DNA of 64,000 nt, taken from positions 35,487,318 to 35,551,317 of the forward strand of contig NC_069001.1 in assembly GCF_001194135.2 (NCBI RefSeq). The letters run 5' to 3'. Origin of the DNA: Octopus bimaculoides. Its lineage: Eukaryota. Below, piece by piece: positions 1 to 12,150 of this stretch. A program made the translations under genes and the position numbers. Positions within the stretch are counted from its first letter, which is position 1; each line of letters opens with the position of its first letter. The notes beneath the pieces are model-generated. The model made no database searches. It had not been told where the DNA came from and worked only from the letters and a program-made list of their open reading frames with translations.

Positions 1-347
1 ACGAAATGCTCTTTTGCTCGTTCCACACCTTCTTTAAGAGGAACGAGACTGAAAGAATGCAAAAATCTATTATTATTATTCTTCTTCTTCTTATTATTAT
101 TATTATTACATTCTGATTTGTTTGGAATATTTCGTGATTGCCATAAATTTCAATTTTTATTGTTTTTTTCATTTTTTTCTTTTTATATTAATTCCTTGGA
201 TATAAGTTATTTTTCAGTATACATACGTGCATACATGTCTGCATGTGTGTGTGTGTGCATGTGTGTGCGTGTGTGTGTGTGTATACATATATGTATATAC
301 ATAAATATATATGTATATGTATATATATGTAACATGTATGTATATGT

Positions 348-381
<34 letters not shown>

Positions 382-393
382 CATGCATGTTTG

Positions 394-440
<47 letters not shown>

Positions 441-959
441 CGACTTATGTCCTCTTTTGTTCGAATTAATGCGTTACACAAAAGTACACACTTGATTTGC
501 TCTGAAATATTTTTCAAGGTGACGAATGTACTTTTGTTTCTTTTTCTTTTTGTTATGATTATTAGTATTAGGAAAGATTATTATTATTATTATTATCATC
601 ATCATCATCATCATCATCATCATCGTCAACATCATCATCATTTCTTTATTTACTACATACATTAATCGTAGTTTTTTTATTTACCGTTTGTTCTTCTCCA
701 GATTAAACAATAATAATAATAATAACTTTGAGTGCATTTTATACATCCTATCCTTATTATTTATTTAAAGAGAATTTGTTCACAATAATTTCCCAAAACC
801 ATAAAACAAAAAAAAAAAATCCAAAAGCAAAGTTTGAAAAAGAAAAAAAAGAGAAAATGAAAAAAAATATAACTATATTAAATTTCTGTAACAACTTTTG
901 ATCTAATGGAATTTCATTCTCTCTCTCTCTCTCTTTCCTTATTCGTCTTCCGTTCTCTC

Positions 960-1140
960 CTCATGCACTCTTCCAATTTCCTCATTCTCTAAAACTATTA
1001 TATTCTTTGTGGCGAACCACTTGTATGACAAATAAGTCGCACATAGATACATCCTCAGACATAAGCAAGTTAGAGACACATCCAAAGAAAATGGCTTTGG
1101 AATTGCCTGAAGTGATGTTTAAAGTATGGAAGACCGTTTT
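960..1140 (+). pseudogene. possible highly decayed CR1/L2-like LINE RT C-terminal fragment
   Basis: Frameshifted translation LKLLYSL...DISKLETHPKKMALELPE loosely resembles the CR1 motif LKLYKSLVRPHLEY...DIDKLERVQRRATK. Weak. Confidence 0.3.
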
Positions 1141-1217
1141 TATTGCATTCAAAGTGTTTAAGTGTTTCATGCTTTTTGCTGTTTCTTCTGTCTTTTACTT
1201 GTTCCAATGATTGAATT

Positions 1218-1490
1218 GTGGCCATGCTGGGGCACCGCTTTGAAGAATTTCAGTCAAACAAATTGACCCCAGTGTTTATTTTTGTTCTCTTTTTTCGTGT
1301 CTGGTAGTTATTCAATTGTTTTTGGGGGGTTTTTTGTGTTGTTTTATGTAGTTATTCAATTGTTTTTTTATGTTGTTTTCTTTTTCTTGAACTGCTAAGT
1401 TTCAGGAGAACAAACATTCCAACACTAGTTGTCAAGTGGTGGTGGGGAGGACAAACACAGACACAAACATACATACACACACACACAAGC
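1218..1490 (-). mobile_element. SINE family A, 3' half
   Basis: TGGCCATGCTGGGGCACCGCTTTGAAG...GTTGTCAAGTGGTGGTGGGG is the reverse complement of the 3' half of the full copy at 63407-63790. Confidence 0.75.
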
Positions 1491-1493
1491 ACA

Positions 1494-1621
1494 ACTCATT
1501 TTTGCCATCTTAGTAAACTGGAGTAATGTGAAATAAAGCGTCTTGCTCAAGGACACAACGCATCACGAGGAATCGAACTCAGGACCTTATGATCATGAAC
1601 TGAATACTCTAACTACTAAGC
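1494..1621 (-). mobile_element. SINE family B, 5' tRNA-like head
   Basis: GTGAAATAAAGCGTCTTGCTCAAGGACACAACGC and GGAATCGAACTC (B box) match the copies at 31742 and 50508. Confidence 0.8.
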
Positions 1622-2081
1622 GGCGCCCCCTTGAGGGCAATAGAAAGATCCGGTGAGGGGGCATTGAAGAAAAGGGGGATGATAATGGGGTGGCCAAAAT
1701 GGGGTGTTCGATGTAAAATAAAAATATTAATAGATTAATTAGGTTTAAGTTTTATTTGTGAAATACAGTTGTTTTGAATTTGCTGCAGAAAAGACGTCTA
1801 TATTTATGTGGGGGAGGGTGAAGGAGGTGCTAGGAATGTGGCCTGGGTGCCAAAGGGGCAGCAGCCTGAAAAAGTTAGGGAACTATTTGCCTAAAAGTCT
1901 ATAAGTCAGGAAATAGATACACTTGTATATCTGTCAATAGAGTGGGTATATTATCCAAAGTGTACAGTATTATATACCCATCACAGTTGTTTTTACCAAT
2001 TGGTTTCGTGCTAGGGGTACAACAGAGGGTTAGGTAACAATCTGATTATATAATCTTACACTCATCAGAGGTAGCCGACAT

Positions 2082-2150
2082 CATAATTAACTGATCCTCC
2101 TATATTTTCTTTTACCCAAAGCCAGCAACTTTTCAGCACCCCCTTGGATA
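2082..2150. mobile_element. right end of mariner-type MITE
   Basis: ATAATTAACTGATCCTCC...AACTTTTCAGCACCCC is shared with the complete copy at 27677-27898. Confidence 0.65.
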
Positions 2151-2189
2151 TATATGTTTGTGAGTATATAAATATATGTGTGTGTGGAA

Positions 2190-2236
<47 letters not shown>

Positions 2237-2253
2237 AACATATAGATATATAT

Positions 2254-2387
2254 GACAAGCTTCTTTCAGTTTCCATCTACCGAGTCCATAGCAAAAGGCA
2301 TTTTCCCAAGGTGTCATACAGTGGGACTGAACCCAGAACCATGTGGCTGGGAAGCAAGCTTCTTACCACACAGCCATGCCTGTGCCT
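2254..2387 (-). mobile_element. SINE family A, 5' part (tRNA-like head plus CORE-like segment)
   Basis: Reverse complement of GGCTGTGTGGTAAGAAGCTTGCTTCCCAGCCACATGGTTCTGGGTTCAGTCCCAC, with A box and B box. Many homologues in the window. Confidence 0.85.
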
Positions 2388-2842
2388 ATATATTTGAATT
2401 TTAATGAATATTTTAAAAGAATTTCCCATTGTTTGGTTTGGAAACATTTTCTCCTTCACACACTCATTCAGTAGCAAACGAGATGAATGAAACTCTGTTT
2501 TGAAAGCAATAAGTGTGCAGTTTTAAAAGCAATAAATTCTTGTTTGCATATGTTGTGGCTCTGCTTTCAAATTGCGATGGTCCGGGTTATGAGAATTTAA
2601 AAGTGTGCAATAAACTATATATTTATCGTATGTATCTTTATGCGTATGATATCTTTGAGCAACGCTCTACAACTAATAATAATAGTTTCAGCCTGAGAAA
2701 TGATTGATGTAGGGATGTGCGTGTTCACTCCTCTGCGGTTGTTGGATATAGATAAGTGCAGAAAAGACATTGATTATTTGAAATTCTATCATAAAGATTC
2801 ATATATACACGTGTGAGTAACCGAATGAAATATACATTTATA

Positions 2843-2947
2843 TATTAGATTTAAATAAGAAAATATGCATAATATACACATGCACATATATATATATATT
2901 ATATGTGCATGTGTATATTATGCATATTTTCTTATTTAAATCTAATA
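2843..2947. repeat. perfect 48-bp-arm palindrome ending at an assembly gap
   Basis: 2843-2890 is the exact reverse complement of 2900-2947, with a TATATATAT spacer. The N-run starts at 2948. Confidence 0.9.
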
Positions 2948-3649
2948 NNNNNNNNNNNNNNNNNNNNNNNNNNNNNNNNNNNNNNNNNNNNNNNNNNNNN
3001 NNNNNNNNNNNNNNNNNNNNNNNNNNNNNNNNNNNNNNNNNNNNNNNNNNNNNNNNNNNNNNNNNNNNNNNNNNNNNNNNNNNNNNNNNNNNNNNNNNNN
3101 NNNNNNNNNNNNNNNNNNNNNNNNNNNNNNNNNNNNNNNNNNNNNNNNNNNNNNNNNNNNNNNNNNNNNNNNNNNNNNNNNNNNNNNNNNNNNNNNNNNN
3201 NNNNNNNNNNNNNNNNNNNNNNNNNNNNNNNNNNNNNNNNNNNNNNNNNNNNNNNNNNNNNNNNNNNNNNNNNNNNNNNNNNNNNNNNNNNNNNNNNNNN
3301 NNNNNNNNNNNNNNNNNNNNNNNNNNNNNNNNNNNNNNNNNNNNNNNNNNNNNNNNNNNNNNNNNNNNNNNNNNNNNNNNNNNNNNNNNNNNNNNNNNNN
3401 NNNNNNNNNNNNNNNNNNNNNNNNNNNNNNNNATATATTAGATTAAAATAGATATATGTAATATATATATACATATATTAGATTAAAATAGATATATGTA
3501 ATATATATATATATATATAAGAATATATATATGAGTGAATGGCCAAATGAAAGAAAAAAGCACTCAGAACATTTAATGGGAGTTACATGCTTTATTCTTT
3601 ACAACTGTAAATAATAAGGATTGAAACATTAAGTCCCATAATTCGGTTC

Positions 3650-3774
3650 TATGCGACTTGAAGTTTCACAGGCCTCTAACAGAAACCTGACTCGTTCAGG
3701 ATTAGATTATTGAATCAGTTATCTAATCCTGAATGAGCTGGGTTTCAGTTCGAAGCCAGTGGAATTTTGTCATA
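3650..3774 (+). other. long imperfect hairpin (pre-miRNA-like or small foldback)
   Basis: The core arms 3678-3707 and 3721-3750 pair with a 13-nt loop. Outer pairing joins 3660-3669 to 3759-3768. Most substitutions are G.U-compatible on the + strand. Confidence 0.55.
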
Positions 3775-3821
3775 CACAGCCAAAGCAAACTGTTTTGAAT
3801 GATATATATATATATTAAATT

Positions 3822-3864
<43 letters not shown>

Positions 3865-3963
3865 CTATAAGATTTATATATGTATGCATGCATATATGTA
3901 TTATTAATTTCCAGTACCGCTGTCGTAGTCTCCTTTAGAGAGACTTAGAAATATTAATAACTC

Positions 3964-4009
3964 TATTTCTGAAAACCAGTGGATAGATTCCACTGAAATT
4001 AGATAAATA
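3964..4009 (+). ncRNA. decayed type-I hammerhead-like motif
   Basis: TATTT-CTGAAAA-CC-AGTGGA/TAGAT/TCCACT-GAAA-TTAG-AT-AAATA. Stems I and II pair, but G8 is A and the NUH site is broken. Confidence 0.4.
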
Positions 4010-4148
4010 ACCTTCGAACAGATAGTCAGCAGCGCCGCCTGGCTAGGGCTTGGCTGCTCTGCATTGACAAGGGGCAACACCCTGAAACTAGTCTGCAGAT
4101 GCCAAACCAGCAGGGGGACACTGCTGACCTACCCTGTTCGAAGGTTAT
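4007..4148 (+). mobile_element. 142-bp foldback element enclosing a hammerhead ribozyme
   Basis: ATAACCTTCGAACAG-A-TAG-TCAGCAG (4007-4032) is inverted to CTGCTGACCTACCCTGTTCGAAGGTTAT (4121-4148). Inner pairings are CTGG/CCAG and TTGGC/GCCAA. Confidence 0.7.
4058..4099 (+). ncRNA. minimal type-I hammerhead ribozyme, U3-A8 core variant, palindromic stem III
   Basis: Stem I TCTGCA/TGCAGA; core TTGACAA; stem II GGGG-CAACA-CCCT; GAAA; stem III ACTAGT palindrome; GUC triplet. Predicted cleavage is after C4093. Confidence 0.8.
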
Positions 4149-5150
4149 NNNNNNNNNNNNNNNNNNNNNNNNNNNNNNNNNNNNNNNNNNNNNNNNNNNN
4201 NNNNNNNNNNNNNNNNNNNNNNNNNNNNNNNNNNNNNNNNNNNNNNNNNNNNNNNNNNNNNNNNNNNNNNNNNNNNNNNNNNNNNNNNNNNNNNNNNNNN
4301 NNNNNNNNNNNNNNNNNNNNNNNNNNNNNNNNNNNNNNNNNNNNNNNNNNNNNNNNNNNNNNNNNNNNNNNNNNNNNNNNNNNNNNNNNNNNNNNNNNNN
4401 NNNNNNNNNNNNNNNNNNNNNNNNNNNNNNNNNNNNNNNNNNNNNNNNNNNNNNNNNNNNNNNNNNNNNNNNNNNNNNNNNNNNNNNNNNNNNNNNNNNN
4501 NNNNNNNNNNNNNNNNNNNNNNNNNNNNNNNNNNNNNNNNNNNNNNNNNNNNNNNNNNNNNNNNNNNNNNNNNNNNNNNNNNNNNNNNNNNNNNNNNNNN
4601 NNNNNNNNNNNNNNNNNNNNNNNNNNNNNNNNNNNNNNNNNNNNNNNNNNNNNNNNNNNNNNNNNNNNNNNNNNNNNNNNNNNNNNNNNNNNNNNNNNNN
4701 NNNNNNNNNNNNNNNNNNNNNNNNNNNNNNNNNNNNNNNNNNNNNNNNNNNNNNNNNNNNNNNNNNNNNNNNNNNNNNNNNNNNNNNNNNNNNNNNNNNN
4801 NNNNNNNNNNNNNNNNNNNNNNNNNNNNNNNNNNNNNNNNNNNNNNNNNNNNNNNNNNNNNNNNNNNNNNNNNNNNNNNNNNNNNNNNNNNNNNNNNNNN
4901 NNNNNNNNNNNNNNNNNNNNNNNNNNNNNNNNNNNNNNNNNNNNNNNNNNNNNNNNNNNNNNNNNNNNNNNNNNNNNNNNNNNNNNNNNNNNNNNNNNNN
5001 NNNNNNNNNNNNNNNNNNNNNNNNNNNNNAATTAATAAGTAAATGCACAATAAATTTTGATAAATTGAATTTAATTGAGATTTACCTGTAAATTTGGATT
5101 TTTATCCATCCCTGATATTATTATATATATAGATATACAGATAGAGAGAG

Positions 5151-5181
<31 letters not shown>

Positions 5182-5182
5182 C

Positions 5183-5348
5183 TCTCTGAGTGGTTGGCGT
5201 TAGGAAGGGCATCCAGCTGTAGAAACTCTGCCAAATTTAGATTGGAGCCTGGCGTTGCCATCCGGTTTCACCAGTCCTCAGTCAAGTCGTCCAACCCATG
5301 CTAGCATGGAAAGCGGACGTTAAACGATGATGATGATGATGATGATGA
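5183..5348 (+). mobile_element. SINE family D 3' part (RTE-like tail, (GAT)n end)
   Basis: TGGTTGGCGTTAGGAAGGGCATCCAGCTGTAGAAAC...CCAACCCATGCTAGCATGGAAAGCGGACGTTAAACGATGATG is nearly identical to 36560-36714. Confidence 0.85.
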
Positions 5349-5943
5349 TATATATACATATATATTTATATATATTTTCCTTATGTATGAAAATAACCTT
5401 TTAACCATCATACCACAATACCGTCTTTAGTTCTCCTCTTTATTATTAAGAAACACAACATGTTCGTTTTACAGAAAGACTTCATCAACTTCAGATCATG
5501 AAGCGATCACAGCTTGTGTATATCGTTGCAAAGACTGTCAAATGCATATTTAAACATTTCTCGCAATCAACTGTTTTCTATTGATTATCCCATTGATATT
5601 AGATTGCAGCTGGTGCAATGGTGCAGATATCTGAGATGAAATCCTATTTTCTTGTCAAAACATTGATGCTAGTTATCTCCATAGCGAAACCCCTCATCAC
5701 TTAAAAATAGGAATATATTTGATATGATGGCAAATGAGTCAGAAACTCCAGGTCTGTTTCAAACGCACACAGGCACACATATACACACATATACACATTC
5801 ACACAAAAGCACATGCATACATACACACACAAACACACAGACTTATGCATACACACAGCTGTACACATTACAAAACTATACCTTTTAGTCTTGAGTCATA
5901 AACACACATACATTTGTATGTGTATGTGTGTGTATGCATATAC

Positions 5944-5974
<31 letters not shown>

Positions 5975-6161
5975 TACATGCATATATATACATATATATG
6001 TATGTACATATATATATATATATACACATATATATACACACATATATATATATAGACATATATATATACATATATACACATATATATATATTCATACATA
6101 TATAATTATATATATGCATTTATGGCTCAACACTAATGCATTTAGATGTGTGTATATATGC

Positions 6162-6225
<64 letters not shown>

Positions 6226-6260
6226 NNNNNNNNNNTTTGTGTGTGTATATATGTGTGTGC

Positions 6261-6319
<59 letters not shown>

Positions 6320-6773
6320 TGTATGTATATGTATGCTTGTGTCTGTGTGTGTACTTATACATGACTATATTTATACAGACGTATAAATCAGTATTCCTAT
6401 ACATTCAGCATATGTATACACATACAGATACACATGCGCATACACACTCACACAAACACACACACATACTTAAAGCTGTATGTATATATTGATTTATACA
6501 GAGTTAACGAGTGCCACTTCACCACAAGATGGTTATAATTTCAATGACACAGCCTGTCACACCCTGGACAAATGTCCTCTATTCTAACCTTGAGATAACC
6601 AATATTTTACGAGTGAAATTTAATAGCCAAATGTGTGTGTGTGTGTGTGTGTGTGTCTGCTTGTGTGGGCATCTGTGTATGTTTGTTTGTGCGTGTGTCT
6701 CTGGGTATAACCGTGTTTATGCATATGACAGCATTAAAGTGCTCATTGCACTTTAATTATATTCAGGTACGTT

Positions 6774-6808
<35 letters not shown>

Positions 6809-6869
6809 ATATATATATANNNNNNNNNNNNNNNNGTGTGTGTATATGTATGTATGAAAGCATGCACGT

Positions 6870-7600
6870 AAGTAATTAAGTCTCTTGTCACTTTGATTAA
6901 TAGGGTTTAGCTAGACATAGCTACACAGCGCTCATAGCCCATATGGCTTCCTGTGTGCAGGATGAAAGCTGAAGACTTCCAGAAGCCCCGGCTACCTGTC
7001 CCTGTCACCACTTTTTCCGTCGCTACTGGACTTAAGGAGAAAGTGCAATGACATCGGAGCTGGTCTCTTGGTTTGCAGAACAACCTGTTGTGAGCCAGTC
7101 CTCCTCCTCCTCTCTCTCTCTCTTTCTCTCTCTCTCTCCGTCTCTCTCTCTCTCTCTCTGATTGTAAAGAGATGACTATCATTATCCCTCTCCCTCTCTC
7201 TCTCTCTGATTGTAAAGAGACGATTATTATTATCATTATTATTATTATTACTATTCTTGTACTTTAAACTTGTTCTTGTGTTCCACAATCTTCGTAGTTA
7301 CCAGGATGCAGGATTTGTATGAAGCAAGACAAGTCAAAGAGCTGAAGGAGACAAAGGGCTTATATGCCTTGGGTCTGATAGGGTGTCTGCGAGTGACTTC
7401 CTTATGGAGACAAGTCTGTCGCATGTTAATTTGCTAATTAACCCACAGATGGAACCTTGGCTGGTGCTACTATTCCATGTCATAATAGACCTGGGAACAA
7501 TAATGGCTAAGTTGTGGACCCACATTCCTCAAAAACTCCTGAACCAGTGCCCCCACAACTAGATGCAGTTTAAAGTCATAGCCATACATACTTTGTTTGT
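6870..7600 (-). pseudogene. decayed CR1/L2-like LINE reverse transcriptase, interrupted by microsatellite
   Basis: Minus-strand remnants in the expected RT order: LLMHKQSMYG (cf. LLHKLxxYG), STSQGSICG (cf. GVPQGSVLG), KSLADTL (cf. YADD) and HMGYER..RDLITY (cf. SYEERL..RGDLI). Confidence 0.5.
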
Positions 7601-7778
7601 GCATTAACAAGGTAACCAATGGTTTCATGTGAAAAGAACTTCCCAATTGTTTAAGCATGCCACATATCTATACACACACACACACACACACACATGCTTG
7701 TCATCAACCGTTACTTGTTTTTAGGAAAGACCAGCAAAAGTCACAGTTTGTAGCTCCATGCATGGTGACATGCTTCTG

Positions 7779-7810
<32 letters not shown>

Positions 7811-8496
7811 AATATGTAGAGGGTTTCATACAGTTTCTGTCTATCCAGTTGTCATCTCACAAGCTGTTACTTGATGGAAGTGATCCAGAAACCACACAAC
7901 CACATTTATTTGTTTAGTGTGTGTATGTGTGTGTGTGTGTGCCCAGATACACCACTACATACAGGCACCTAACAACACACACACACATGCACAACGAATG
8001 CACAGTCATGCATGCAGCATGGTACTACAATGTAATACCAAACTCTTTACAGCTGCCATGTTTGTCGCAGACAAATTCTACAACCGTTGCCTTTTCTTGG
8101 GATAATTTCATAAAATTGGAGGAACACTGCATGTGTGTGGGGAGTGAGGGTTGAGGGGGAGGATGTGATTGTCCTTTCTTTTTTGTTTCTTTCGGAATTA
8201 TTCCAAAAACTTGCAATTGTTGGTGGATTGCTTCTATTCCTGCGACTTGTTCTACTATATAGAGTGATGACAAGTCACTTCAAAGAATTCTTTTCGGAGG
8301 AAGGAAATACAAGGATAAAAAAAAAACAAAAATAAAAAAAAAATGGTACAGAAACGAAAACAGTTGTGGCAGCAGGGGTGGGGGTGGGTAAGAAAAGATT
8401 AAATAAATATATAAATAAAATGAGAATACTAAACAAAAATGTATTCTTCAAGAGAATTATGATTTCTGATCATATTTATTCATTTATTGTAGCGCT

Positions 8497-9252
8497 TTAT
8501 GTAACAGTATTTTGGTAATGAGGTTGGAGGGGAGTCAGGTGGTGGTGGTGGTGGTGAGAATGGTGATTGTGTTGGTGGTAGTGTTGGTAATGAAGGGGTG
8601 GTGGTGGTGGTTGTTGTTTCAGGGTGGTCATTGAAGCTAATGGTGGTTTTGTGGTGGCAGCGGTGGTGGTGTTGCTGGTTGTGGTGGTGGTAGCAGTGTT
8701 GCTGGTAACAGAGGCGACAACAGTGTAGGTTGTAGCTGTGGTGGTGGTGGTGATGGTGGTTGAGGCGATGGTGGTGGTTGTGATAGCTGTGGTAGTAGGT
8801 CTGACACTAACAGTCCTGGCTACAGTAGAGGTTGTAGTTGTGGTGGTAGCAGTGTTGCTAGTAACAGTGGTGACAACAGTGTAGGTTGTAACTGTGGTGA
8901 TGGTCATGAAGCTAATTGTAATTTGGTTGTTGTTGTTGTTGTGGTGGTGGTGGTGGTACTGGTAGCAATGGTTGTGGATGCTGTAGTTGATGATGGTGGT
9001 TGTGGTGATGGTGGTGGTTGTGATAGCTGTGGTAGTAGGTCTGACACTAACTGTCATGGCTACAGTAGAGGTAGTAGTAGTAGTAGTTGTGGTGGTGGTG
9101 GTGGTGGTGGTGGTTGTGTTAATACTTTTGATGGTAACAACAATGACTACAGTATAGGTACCAGCAGTTGAGGTGGTAATTGTGGCAATAGTGGTAATGG
9201 TGGTAGCATTAGGTGGTGATTGCAGAAAACACTGATTGCTGGTTGTTGCAGT
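8497..9252 (-). repeat. complex (ACC/ACA)-rich minisatellite, open as a Thr-rich mucin-like frame
   Basis: About 250 codons stop-to-stop. Repeated non-simple units: TVSVRPTTTAITT x2, TYTVV x3, VTSNTATT x2. Confidence 0.5.
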
Positions 9253-10062
9253 TTAGCTTCCCTTTCTTTTCTTTCTTTTTCTTTTTCTCTTTTCTTCTTG
9301 ATCTTATTAAGGTGGTCCTTGTTGTTGTTGTTGTAGTTGTCATCAGTTTGTCATTCTTTTTCTTTTTCTTTTCTTTTTCTGTTGTCGTCTTCAAATCTGT
9401 CTTTTTCTTGCTGTTTTCTTGCTCTTGGTGGAGAAGTTCAGCTTGGGTTATCATGGTTTGCGTTCTTTCTAATTTCCTTACTATTTTTTTTTTGTCCCCT
9501 TTTTTTTTTATTTGAGTTTTCATTGTTGATGTTTTTCGTGTACATTATTAGTTGTTATTGCTGTTGTTGTTGTTGTCATTGTTGTTCTCCTTCTTCCAAC
9601 AGATCTGGTGTCTTACCAGTTTTTCTTATTTTATTAACAAAAGATATAGAANNNNNNNNNNNNNNNNNNNNNNNNNNNNNNNNNNNNNNNNNNNNNNNNN
9701 NNNNNNNNNNNNNNNNNNNNNNNNNNNNNNNNNNNNNNNNNNNNNNNNNNNNNNNNNNNNNNNNNNNNNNNNNNNNNNNNNNNNNNNNNNNNNNNNNNNN
9801 NNNNNNNNNNNNNNNNNNNNNNNNNNNNNNNNNNNNNNNNNNNNNNNNNNNNNNNNNNNNNNNNNNNNNNNNNNNNNNNNNNNNNNNNNNNNNNNNNNNN
9901 NNNNNNNNNNNNNNNNNNNNNNNNNNNNNNNNNNNNNNNNNNNNNNNNNNNNNNNNNNNNNNNNNNNNNNNNNNNNNNNNNNNNNNNNNNNNNNNNNNNN
10001 NNNNNNNNNNNNNNNNNNNNNNNNNNNNNNNNNNNNNNNNNNNNNNNNNNNNNNNNNNNNNC

Positions 10063-10104
<42 letters not shown>

Positions 10105-10179
10105 GTGCATATCCATATATATCTAGATATGCAGTCATGTGTATTTACACACACAAAATACACATATATAAATACATAC

Positions 10180-10213
<34 letters not shown>

Positions 10214-10349
10214 GCATATACATGTTTATTTACACATTCACACACATAAGAGAGGAAGAGAGAGAGAGAGAGAGAGAGAAGCGGACATGAAATTACAATG
10301 CAAAGACCTAAGTCACCATGTTGTGATTGTAAAGAGATGACTATTATTA

Positions 10350-10392
<43 letters not shown>

Positions 10393-10919
10393 TGTTCTTC
10401 TTCTTCTTATTATTATCATTATCATCACCATCATCATCATCATCATCCTCCTCCTCATTATTATTATTATTATTGTTCTTCTTCTTCTTCTTCTTCTTAT
10501 TATTATTATTATTATTACTGTCGTTATTTTTATTAGTATTATTATTATTATTATTATAATTATTATTATTATTGCATCACTTGTATCAGTATATCATGTT
10601 CCCCCCCACCACACGCACACACTTTTCGTCTCCTCCCTCCCCCCACCACTCTATTCTCCTGTTTTGTGTGGGTGGGGGAGTGTGGCAGTAACAAGATGTG
10701 GTTGGGTGTGAGCCATCCTGTTACACAATGGATTATTACAGCTTTGGATGGGGAACAAAGTCTTTGATATTTATAAAGTTGTTTGTTAGAGAGGAAATGA
10801 AGCAGGAGATGACAAGAAAAAGGCACCTATATCATATGTGAGCGTGTGTGTGGGTGTATGCGTGTGCATGCACGTCTCTGTTGAAGTGTGTGTGCGTGTG
10901 CGTGTTTTATATATGTGTG

Positions 10920-10950
<31 letters not shown>

Positions 10951-10954
10951 TTAA

Positions 10955-11010
<56 letters not shown>

Positions 11011-11825
11011 ACATGTATCTCTATAAACACGAATATGCAGGCATATGTATGGTGCCTTGCAAAGATAAATAGACAGACAGGCAGACAGATAGACAAACAG
11101 ACAGATAGATAGATAGATAGATAGATACATACATACATACATACATACATACATACATGAATAGATAGGTAGACAGACAGACAGACAGACAGATAGATGG
11201 ATGGATGGATAGACAGACTAGATATAAAGCTTAAATATTTGTCCATATTTCATCTAATACACAGGTGTGTGTGTGTGTGTGTGATGAGAAATATGGACAA
11301 ATAGTTAAGAGGTTTGCTTCACAACATTGAGGTCTCAGGTTGTGTCCCACAGCACAGCATTTTGGCCAGTTGTCATTTCTCTTGCCTTGAGTTGACTCAT
11401 AACTCGTGAGCGGAACTGGGGAAGATGAAAACTGTGTAGAAGCCCATTATGCTATGCACTGTTGCACCTTGTTATGCATTGGGTGGTGTTAAGGGTACAT
11501 ATGCTTGTGGAATGCTCAACTCATTTAATTGGCTCACACACAACTGAGCCCATGGTGCGGTTGATCCAGCAATTGAGCCTTTGTTGCTGAAACCAAAGGA
11601 AAACCAACACTTTTCCATATACATCAACAGTGACCTTGTCATTGGGAATGCCTTTCCCTGTGTATTCCAAAAATGTAATTCATTTTTCACGAATAAATTA
11701 CACTTAACATTCGAGGTTCTGATGCAGTTGTAGGATGTTATCCAGACACTCAACTAAGAGACCACTGCATCTGATAGCAGAAACAACTGTAAGCCAATGA
11801 AGTCCATAGCATAACCTTTGTTTTT

Positions 11826-12150
11826 CCTGTGTGGTAAGAAGCTTGATTCCCAACCACTTGGTTCCAGGCTCAGTCCCTCTGCATGGCACCTTGGGCAAGT
11901 GTCTTCCACTATGACCTCAAGCCGACTAAAGCCTTGTGAGTGGATTTGGTAGATGGAAACTGAAAAGAAGCCTGTTGGGTATATATATATANNNNNNNNN
12001 NNNNNNNNNNNNNNNNNNNNNNNNNNNNNNNNNNNNNNNNNNNNNNNNNNNNNNNNNNNNNNNNNNNNNNNNCACACACACACGTGTGTGTGTGTGTGTG
12101 TCTTTTCGTCAGTGTTTGTCTCCCCATCACTGCTTGACAACTGGTGTTGG
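11826..12150 (+). mobile_element. SINE family A with an assembly gap in its internal microsatellite
   Basis: The head and CCTTGGGCAAGTGTCTT segment lie before the gap at 11992-12072. TGCTTGACAACTGGTGTTGG resumes after it. A family D tail follows at 12165-12275. Confidence 0.85.

Noticed and set aside
17-47. 8-bp hairpin CTCGTTCC/GGAACGAG
   Set aside because: Too short, truncated by the window edge, with no motif to assign.
3902-3960. Hairpin AGTCTC/GAGACT inside TTATTAAT/ATTAATAA next to the ribozymes
   Set aside because: It could not be parsed into a hammerhead core on either strand.
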